Of a stretch of DNA of 32,000 nucleotides, positions 25,399 through 32,000 are shown piece by piece. Made by a program: the position numbers and the translations under genes. The DNA comes from Tannockella kyphosi (lineage in GTDB: Bacteria > Bacillota_I > Bacilli_A > Erysipelotrichales > Coprobacillaceae): positions 1,740,001 to 1,772,000 of the forward strand of contig NZ_CP088239.1 of NCBI RefSeq assembly GCF_021054785.1. The letters are read 5' to 3'. Each line of letters starts with the position of its first letter. Within the stretch, counting starts at the first letter, position 1. The notes beneath the pieces are model-generated. The model was not told where the DNA came from. It worked only from the letters and a program-made list of their open reading frames with translations, and ran no database searches.

Positions 25399-26238
25399 TT
25401 ATTTTTTAATTGTTTGTACTGCAATACAACCAGGTCCACCTTGAGTAATAAAGGCTGGTGTTAAATCATACATTCTTATATCATTGTTAGGGAATGCATC
25501 TTTTACAATCTCCATCACTTCTTTTGCTTGATCAAAAACATCAGCATGACTAACAGTAATTAAATAACTATCATCTACACCTTTTTCTTTTAATCCTTCA
25601 ACAATTACTTTCGCAGCACCTTTCATTGTTTTCTTTACACCATATTTTTCTATACGTGTACCGTCATCATTTGTACACATAATAGGTAATATTTTTAATA
25701 AACCACCTACTCTAGCTGCAACTGGAGTTAAACGACCTCCTCTTTTTAAGAAGTCAAAATCTTGAGGAACTAAGAATGATTTTCCTGTAGGAATACGTTC
25801 TTCAATATATGCTTTTATTTCTTGTAAAGATTTTCCTTCACTTTGAAATTCTAATGCTTTTTTTACTAAATAACGATGTGGTCCACATAATATTTGTGTA
25901 TTTACTACATGAATATTATCTTTATTTTTAGCTAGTTCTCTAGCTCCTTGAGTACTTTTAAATGTTCCAGATAACCCATCTGCCATACAAAGACATAATA
26001 TCTCTTCTTTTGTTTCTTCATACAGTTCAAACACTTCCATTGTTTCCCCAACAGATGGTTGTGAAGATATAGGTACAAATCCCGCTCTTACTTTTTCAAT
26101 AAATTCAGGGCTTTGTATTTCAACTAACTCTCTTGAACTTACATTATCGATTGTTACACTTAACGGTAAGACATGAAACCCTAATTCTTCTGCTTGTTTT
26201 GGTGTAAACATTGTTGATGTATCAGATACTATTTTCAT
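25399..26238 (-). CDS. DegV-family fatty-acid-binding protein
   Basis: 279 aa. MKIVSDTSTMFTP...PLSVTIDN...ISSQPSVGE pattern typical of DegV/FakB proteins. Confidence 0.9.
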   Translation of the reverse strand: MKIVSDTSTMFTPKQAEELGFHVLPLSVTIDNVSSRELVEIQSPEFIEKVRAGFVPISSQPSVGETMEVFELYEETKEEILCLCMADGLSGTFKSTQGARELAKNKDNIHVVNTQILCGPHRYLVKKALEFQSEGKSLQEIKAYIEERIPTGKSFLVPQDFDFLKRGGRLTPVAARVGGLLKILPIMCTNDDGTRIEKYGVKKTMKGAAKVIVEGLKEKGVDDSYLITVSHADVFDQAKEVMEIVKDAFPNNDIRMYDLTPAFITQGGPGCIAVQTIKK

Positions 26239-26361
26239 ATGCGCCTCCTATAGCTCTACAATAATTTATTTTGATAGTCTAAACATACCATATTTTCATA
26301 AAAAGGTATAGCAAACAATAACTTTTTATCTATTTTTGATAAAAAATAGACTATATTGTCA

Positions 26362-26546
26362 TCATTCTATTCCTTTTGCTTGTAAATCCTTTGTTTTTTC
26401 TTCAGTAGACAATGCTTCAAAAGGTATTAAATCAGGGTGTTTTCTATTTAGATTATCTCTAGACCCTAGTTATTCCTATCATTCTTTTTTATAGAAATGA
26501 ACTTTATCTTTGTTTGTTGCTTTTTTAAACAATGCATTATGTACGT
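26362..26546 (-). pseudogene. Possible decayed RyR-domain (PF02026-like) gene remnant
   Basis: Minus strand 26463-26362 reads SRDNLNRKHPDLIPFEALSTEEKTKDLQAKGIE*. This resembles the RyR motif G.xRD...K.HP.LVPY..L.EEEK.KD. The upstream piece MNVHNALFKKATNKDKVHFYKKE* is separated from it by several stop codons. Confidence 0.3.
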
Positions 26547-26560
26547 TCATCCCGCATTAT

Positions 26561-26584
26561 AAAAGGAAATATTCATTTCCTTTT
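26561..26584. terminator. Hairpin after the PHP gene
   Basis: AAAAGGAAAT-ATTC-ATTTCCTTTT, a 10-bp AT-rich stem overlapping the stop at 26583-26585. The U-tail is weak. Confidence 0.45.
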
Positions 26585-27491
26585 AAAGTAATTTATATTG
26601 TTGTAACAATGCATAGGTTACATCATGATCAATATTACATTTTGAACCACCTATTTTAATAGCAGGTTTTGTTTTACCATGATAATCACTACCACTAGTA
26701 GCAATAATATGATGTTCTAATGCTTTTGCATAGAAATAATCGATTGCTTCTTGACTATGATAGCTACTAAATGCTTCTACACCATCTAATCCTAATGTAA
26801 CCATCTCATCAAAAATAGAGTAATCATTTTTTAAGTTATTGCCGGGATGTGCTAGTACACAAATACCACCTACTTGATGAACTAAATCAATTGCTTCTTG
26901 TAAAGAAGGGAATATAATTTCAGTATAACAAGGTTTCCCTTGTGCATAAAAGTCCCAATAGAAATTCACAAATGGATTATCACTACGTGATCCTCCAGGA
27001 CGATAATTTAGTAATAATGGATGGTCTACGTACTCTGTTTTTTCTAACAATACTTCTCCAAACATTTCTCCTGTCCATACACCATTACTACTTACTTTAT
27101 CCATATCTTCTTTCGTAAGTTCAAACCCTAATTGATTTGTTAGTTTTAGTTTTGTATTAGAACAAGCTAATTCTTGTTTGTATACATTTTCTTCTAATGC
27201 ACAAATTTCTGGTACTGTGTAGTCTACACCATATCCTACCATATGTAAATTAATACCGTTATAGGTACAATCAATTTCAATTGCAGGAATATATTCAATC
27301 CCTACTTCTTTACAATAATCTTGTGCTTCTTTGTTTGCTTTTACACTATTATGATCAGCAATTGCCATTACTTTGATATTTGCTTCTACACATTTATCAA
27401 CTAATTGTTTCGGTGTAAATTCTCCGTCATCTGAATACAATGAATGCATATGTAAATCTATATAATTTTTCACACTTTTTTCCTCCACCAT
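26583..27491 (-). CDS. PHP-domain metal-dependent phosphoesterase
   Basis: IDLHMHSLYSDDG N-terminal His motif. Later AIADHN, LAHPG and GSDYHG motifs characteristic of the PHP fold. Confidence 0.85.
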   Translation of the reverse strand: MVEEKSVKNYIDLHMHSLYSDDGEFTPKQLVDKCVEANIKVMAIADHNSVKANKEAQDYCKEVGIEYIPAIEIDCTYNGINLHMVGYGVDYTVPEICALEENVYKQELACSNTKLKLTNQLGFELTKEDMDKVSSNGVWTGEMFGEVLLEKTEYVDHPLLLNYRPGGSRSDNPFVNFYWDFYAQGKPCYTEIIFPSLQEAIDLVHQVGGICVLAHPGNNLKNDYSIFDEMVTLGLDGVEAFSSYHSQEAIDYFYAKALEHHIIATSGSDYHGKTKPAIKIGGSKCNIDHDVTYALLQQYKLL

Positions 27492-27581
27492 TTCTTTATC
27501 TTAATCATACCAAAGTATTGAAATAAGGCAATGATTTGACTTCTATTTGTGTTACAATATTTGAAAAAGGGAGGACGAGTA

Positions 27582-28535
27582 ATGAAACAGATAAGTATGC
27601 ATCATATTCAGGGTATTCAAATAGGACAATCACAAAACTTAGAAGCTGGAACAGGCTGTACAGCCATTCTTTGCCCTAAAGGAGCAACGGCTGGTGTTGA
27701 TGTACGTGGAGGTGGTCCTGCTACACGAGAAACAGATTTATTAAATCCTAAAAATATGGTCCAACAAATTCATGGAGTTATGTTTTCTGGAGGAAGTGCA
27801 TTTGGATTAGATGCTGCTAGTGGTGCTATGGAATATTTAGATAAAAAGGAATATGGTTTTGAAATTCTAGGATTTCATGTCCCTATTGTATGTGGGGCTT
27901 CTTTGTTTGATTTAGGAGTTGGTGATGGTTCAATTCGACCTGATAAACAAATGGGATATGAAGCTTGTGTTGCAAGCGAAACAAACACTTATCAAAACGG
28001 AAACTTCGGAGCTGGAACTGGTGCTTGTGTTGGGAAAATGTCTCCTACTTTAAGTCCAATGAAGACTGGTCAAGGGATGTATGGTGTCGAAGCTGGTGGA
28101 ATACAAGTTTGTGCTTATGTTGCTTTAAATGCAATTGGTAATGTTAGTGATGGAAAAGGATCTTTTTTAGCAGGTATGCATCAAGATGGAATTATTATTG
28201 ATCCTTTGGATTTCTTTAGTCAAGGTCTAGAAAGCATTACTTTACCCCAAGGAAATACTACAATTGGTTGTGTTGTTACTAATGCAAAGCTAGATAAAAG
28301 CCAATGTAATAAAGTTGCAAGTATTACCCACAATGGTTATGCTTTAAGTATTTTCCCTGTCCATACAATGAGTGATGGAGATACTATCTTTGTTTTATCA
28401 ACGGGACAAGTGGAAGCTAGTGTAGACGCTATTGGTGTACTGGCAACCACATGTATGAAAGAAGCAATTCATGTTGCTACTAAAACAAGTACTCCTAGTT
28501 ATGGACTAGAAAGTTATCAATCTATCAAACAGTAA
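27582..28535 (+). CDS. P1/S58-family peptidase (DmpA/BapA-like aminopeptidase)
   Basis: GTGCTAIL, GVDVRGGGPATRETDLL and NTTIGCVVTNAKL motifs. GGGAGG RBS before ATG 27582; the track start at 27549 is a GTG without an RBS. Confidence 0.85.
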   Translation: MKQISMHHIQGIQIGQSQNLEAGTGCTAILCPKGATAGVDVRGGGPATRETDLLNPKNMVQQIHGVMFSGGSAFGLDAASGAMEYLDKKEYGFEILGFHVPIVCGASLFDLGVGDGSIRPDKQMGYEACVASETNTYQNGNFGAGTGACVGKMSPTLSPMKTGQGMYGVEAGGIQVCAYVALNAIGNVSDGKGSFLAGMHQDGIIIDPLDFFSQGLESITLPQGNTTIGCVVTNAKLDKSQCNKVASITHNGYALSIFPVHTMSDGDTIFVLSTGQVEASVDAIGVLATTCMKEAIHVATKTSTPSYGLESYQSIKQ

Positions 28536-28558
28536 AACCCTGTCATGGACAGGGTTTT
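28534..28558. terminator. Bidirectional terminator between the peptidase and GGDEF genes
   Basis: AACCCTGTC-ATG-GACAGGGTT, a perfect 9-bp stem flanked by AAAA and TTTT. Confidence 0.7.
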
Positions 28559-30698
28559 ATTCGTCTAATTCACCAATATCACTACATGAAAAGAAGACAC
28601 ATTCTCTTTTGTCAAAAGTACCAATATTAGATACATTTACTAACATCTCTTTTTTATTTTTAGGTATTTTGATGATTGTTCGATAGTGATCTTTTTGTTG
28701 TTCTTGCATTTTAAAAATAGGACAGATAGAACATGGGTGGTCAGCTCCTTGAATTGCTTGATAACATTTGTCACCTAATTTAGCATGAGGATATAATTGT
28801 TTAAAAAAGTAATTAGTATGAACAAGTTCAAATGTTTCTAAATCTACTACATAAGATAATGAATAGATTTCATCTAATACATTTAGTTTCTCTTTTAATG
28901 CTTTATCTACTTCATTTAGGGAATGAATATGTTTTAAGAACTGTTCTATGATTTTAGAAGCATGCATGATCGTTCCTATTTCTTTAGAACTCCATACTCT
29001 AGCATTTGTACAATCATCAAAGCCTAACATGGAATGTATTTGTCCTTCATAGATATTGAAACTAATTAAACAAGATAATATCCCTTGATCTACCATTACA
29101 TCATAAGTAGGTTCTCCTTTAAGCATAGTTAAGTCATTACAATAAAAGATACCTTCTTTGTTCGTTAAATCAATTAATGGTTGATAAGCTTCTCTAGGAA
29201 TATGTTGAAGATTTTCTATTTCTGAAGTAGTTCCTTCTTTACACCATTCATACGTATTATTAATATATTCCATATTATTGTCTGGTTCAAACACATAACA
29301 TCTTTCTACATTAAATTGTAGTGCTAATAATTCTAATACTTTATTTAAAGATGCTCGGTAGTCTTTTGCTTGTGATAACAAGGCAAATATTTCAACAATT
29401 ATCTGTTGATCAAAATGTTGTGATAATGCCCGATCAGCTGCATCAAATGGTGTTGTATTTGACATATTTCCTTCTTCCATTACTGGATTATAAAACTCAT
29501 AGCTATTCTTTCCTCTGCTTTTCACATCATATAATGCGATATCTGCACTATCATATAAAGAACTAAAATCAGAGCCATCTTTAGGATATACTGCAATTCC
29601 GATACTTACGGAAGTTTTATATATACGGCTATTTCCATGATATGTATTTTGAAATGCTTTGACTATTTCACTGGCACGTTCTTCAACACTATTTATTTCC
29701 TTCACGTTTTTCATGAGTACCATAAACTCATCTCCACCAATACGACCTACATAGTCACAATCTCTAAATATATCAATTAAATCTTCTCCTGTACCTCTCA
29801 AAACCGCATCTCCAAATTGATGTCCTAGATTATCATTAATCGCTTTAAAATTATCTAAATCAACAATAAACAAAGCATGTTCTTCTGTTGAATTCTCTAA
29901 AAAGTCAGTAACAGTACTTGTGAACATTGCTTTATTTAAACAACCTGTTAATTCATCATATTGCATTTTTTCTTCTAATTCTATTTTCTCTTGAATATTA
30001 ACAAACTCACCTATCAACTCCACAGGATTATCGTGTTCATCACGATTTACTACATACCTTGGTTGATACCATAAAATCTTACCTTCTTGATCATAACAAC
30101 GGAACGTATGAATTGGTGTTTTCCCTTCATACATTCTTTCCACCATACCTTGAAAAGATTCCAAATCTTCTTGTACTAATACACCAGAACTTATTACTTC
30201 TTCTGGATAGTTATGCATAATGGAACTTAAATCAAATTGTTTTCCAATAGGTCCAATAAACTGAATATCACGCGTTAAAATATCCAAACGAAATGGATAA
30301 GAAAAAGACCCTTCATATAATGTTTGAAAACAACGATTTTTCATTAAAATATCATGAATACTTTCAAAATAAAAGGAACCAATAAGATATAATTCATCTT
30401 CTGATAAATAACCTATTCTCATTGAAATAGCCATAAACCCTAATTTACCTACTGATATTTTACAATCTGATAGTTTTAGTTCTTCTTTGGTTGCAAAAAC
30501 TTTTGTACAAATCTCTTCAAATGATATCGGTAATTCTATCATTGTAAGGAAGCTTTCTAATTCCATTGAATCTTGTATTAAACCTATTTTTTTTGAAATA
30601 TCATTACAATAAACTATTTTACTTTTTTTAATATTCATAATTAATACTGGTTCTATTAAATCATTATCTATTATCTCCATTTTCCAATTTTCTATCAT
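28557..30698 (-). CDS. Multidomain diguanylate cyclase: N-terminal PAS-like region, central GGDEF, GAF-like domain, Cys-containing C-terminal domain
   Basis: Active-site RIGGDEF (29744-29724) with an I-site RDCD five residues upstream. Start of GGDEF at DELTGCLNK, end at ADIALYDVKSRGKNSY. About 300 further residues follow the catalytic domain. Confidence 0.85.
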   Translation of the reverse strand: MIENWKMEIIDNDLIEPVLIMNIKKSKIVYCNDISKKIGLIQDSMELESFLTMIELPISFEEICTKVFATKEELKLSDCKISVGKLGFMAISMRIGYLSEDELYLIGSFYFESIHDILMKNRCFQTLYEGSFSYPFRLDILTRDIQFIGPIGKQFDLSSIMHNYPEEVISSGVLVQEDLESFQGMVERMYEGKTPIHTFRCYDQEGKILWYQPRYVVNRDEHDNPVELIGEFVNIQEKIELEEKMQYDELTGCLNKAMFTSTVTDFLENSTEEHALFIVDLDNFKAINDNLGHQFGDAVLRGTGEDLIDIFRDCDYVGRIGGDEFMVLMKNVKEINSVEERASEIVKAFQNTYHGNSRIYKTSVSIGIAVYPKDGSDFSSLYDSADIALYDVKSRGKNSYEFYNPVMEEGNMSNTTPFDAADRALSQHFDQQIIVEIFALLSQAKDYRASLNKVLELLALQFNVERCYVFEPDNNMEYINNTYEWCKEGTTSEIENLQHIPREAYQPLIDLTNKEGIFYCNDLTMLKGEPTYDVMVDQGILSCLISFNIYEGQIHSMLGFDDCTNARVWSSKEIGTIMHASKIIEQFLKHIHSLNEVDKALKEKLNVLDEIYSLSYVVDLETFELVHTNYFFKQLYPHAKLGDKCYQAIQGADHPCSICPIFKMQEQQKDHYRTIIKIPKNKKEMLVNVSNIGTFDKRECVFFSCSDIGELDE

Positions 30699-31003
30699 AC
30701 TATCATTCTCCCAACTTACTTATCTTTATCCTATCACTTACAATCTCTTTTTTCCAATATTTTTTTGTATAATAGTAAATATTTATCTATGATTTATGAT
30801 TTTACCTTTTTATAATCAATAAGTTATCGTTTTAGTATATTTTATATAGAAAAACATTTATTATTATTTTAATAAGATAATTTTTATTAAATAAAAAAGA
30901 GGAGATGATTTCACTATTTTATTAATTCGTGGTAAAATAAATTTATCTTACTATTAACAAAAACAATGAAGAACTATTGGGTGCAATAGAGAAGGAGAAT
31001 AGA

Positions 31004-32000
31004 ATGATTATTCAAAGTAAAAGAGTTTGGTTTGCGGATCAATTTGTTAGTGCACAAGTTGAAATAGAAGACGGGAAAATTATAGGGATTTATGATTATG
31101 GTAAAAAAGAAGTAGATAAAGATTATGGTACTAAAAGAATTTTACCTGGATTTATTGATATTCATACTCATGGAGCATATGGATTTGATACTAATGATGC
31201 TACTGAAGAAGGATTACGTTATTGGTTAGAAAATATTACGGATGAGGGAGTTACTACTATTTTCCCTACTACTATTACACAAAGTGAAGAAGTATTAACT
31301 GCTGCACTTAAAAATGTAGCGAAGGTAGTAAAAGATGGTTATCGTGGTGCGGATGTTGTAGGGATTCATTTTGAAGGACCTTATTTAGATATGGTTTATA
31401 AAGGAGCTCAACCAGAACAACATATTGTGAAGCCTACTATTGAACAATTTGAACGTTATCAAGAAGCTGCAGGTGGTTTAATTAAATATATTACAATGGC
31501 TACAGAACAAGATGATGATTTTGAATTAACTCGTTATTTAGTACAAAATGGTGTTACTGTTAGTATTGGGCATTCTGCTGCAACTTATGATCAAGCAGTT
31601 CGTGCTTATGGTTATGGTGCTAGAAGTATGACTCATGTATATAATGGGATGACTCCATTTAATCATCGTGAAAATGGATTAGTTGGTGCTGCTTATCGTT
31701 TAAGAGGGATGTATGGAGAAATCATTTGTGATGGAAATCATTCTACTCTTGCTGCATTAAATAATTTCTTTATTTCTAAAGGACCTAATTACGCTATTAT
31801 GGTATCGGATGCCTTAATGTGCAAAGGGAAAAAAGTAGGATCTAAATTCTTGTTTGGTGGAAATGAAATAGAAATCTATCCAGATGGAAGTGCTCATTTA
31901 ACATCTGGTAAGAAAAACTTAGCTGGTTCAACATTACGTTTAAATCAAGGTTTACGAATCTTAATTGAAGAAGCTTGTGTTCCAATGAATACAGCTATTA
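31004..32000 (+). CDS. nagA: N-acetylglucosamine-6-phosphate deacetylase, N-terminal ~332 codons (runs off the right edge)
   Basis: Absent from the ORF track (open at the edge). GAAGGAG RBS. MIIQSKRVW...ILPGFIDIHTHGAYGFD...GIHFEGPY...SIGHSAATY...THVYNGM... matches the NagA amidohydrolase motifs. Confidence 0.9.
   Translation, partial: MIIQSKRVWFADQFVSAQVEIEDGKIIGIYDYGKKEVDKDYGTKRILPGFIDIHTHGAYGFDTNDATEEGLRYWLENITDEGVTTIFPTTITQSEEVLTAALKNVAKVVKDGYRGADVVGIHFEGPYLDMVYKGAQPEQHIVKPTIEQFERYQEAAGGLIKYITMATEQDDDFELTRYLVQNGVTVSIGHSAATYDQAVRAYGYGARSMTHVYNGMTPFNHRENGLVGAAYRLRGMYGEIICDGNHSTLAALNNFFISKGPNYAIMVSDALMCKGKKVGSKFLFGGNEIEIYPDGSAHLTSGKKNLAGSTLRLNQGLRILIEEACVPMNTAI

Noticed and set aside
27536-27558. 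TTGACT ... TACAAT as a promoter for the peptidase gene
   Set aside because: The hexamers are only 11 nt apart, too close for a sigma-A promoter. TGTTACAAT might act as an extended -10 element on its own, but I could not support it further.
30905-30989. Two mini-ORFs upstream of nagA (MISLFY at 30905, MKNYWVQ at 30966) as possible leader peptides
   Set aside because: The first ATG directly abuts the GGAG, so there is no spacer. The second has no RBS. Neither is linked to an obvious terminator/antiterminator structure.

Overview
Low-GC Bacillota-type chromosomal segment, transcribed almost entirely on the minus strand. Gene content, left to right:
- 5' part of a YeiH-family exporter gene with its divergent LysR regulator
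- a short GGDEF-domain gene remnant
- two exporter-type ABC modules: an FtsX/MacB-like permease + ATPase, and a YtrA-type GntR + ATPase + 470-aa polytopic protein
- a ferric-reductase-like membrane protein
- pyrB-pyrI
- an OmpR-type response regulator and histidine kinase
- an orphan PTS_EIIC_2 gene coupled to a MATE exporter
- a stand-alone tRNA-Ile/tRNA-Ile/tRNA-Ala operon
- a 7.4-kb galactitol-family PTS cassette: RPE-like epimerase, SDR, EIIC, EIIA, PHI-like SIS, EIIB, MtlR/LicR-type PRD regulator, KpsF-like SIS
- an iron-containing alcohol dehydrogenase (Fe-ADH)
- T-box-controlled metG, then DegV, a PHP phosphoesterase and a P1/S58 peptidase
- a multidomain GGDEF protein and the 5' part of nagA

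The strongest structural signal is a perfect 174-bp direct repeat (14319-14492 and 21872-22045). It duplicates the last 51 codons plus the terminator of the Fe-ADH gene and exactly brackets the PTS cassette. This is an integration-scar topology, yet no recombinase gene lies inside it. The cassette's enzyme set matches no pathway I can name.

I found no CRISPR array, rRNA, transposase, integrase or recognisable defence genes. The novelty claims therefore concern the islet architecture and its unassigned pathway, plus several smaller regulatory oddities. All calls rest on manual reading and remembered family motifs; no searches were run.
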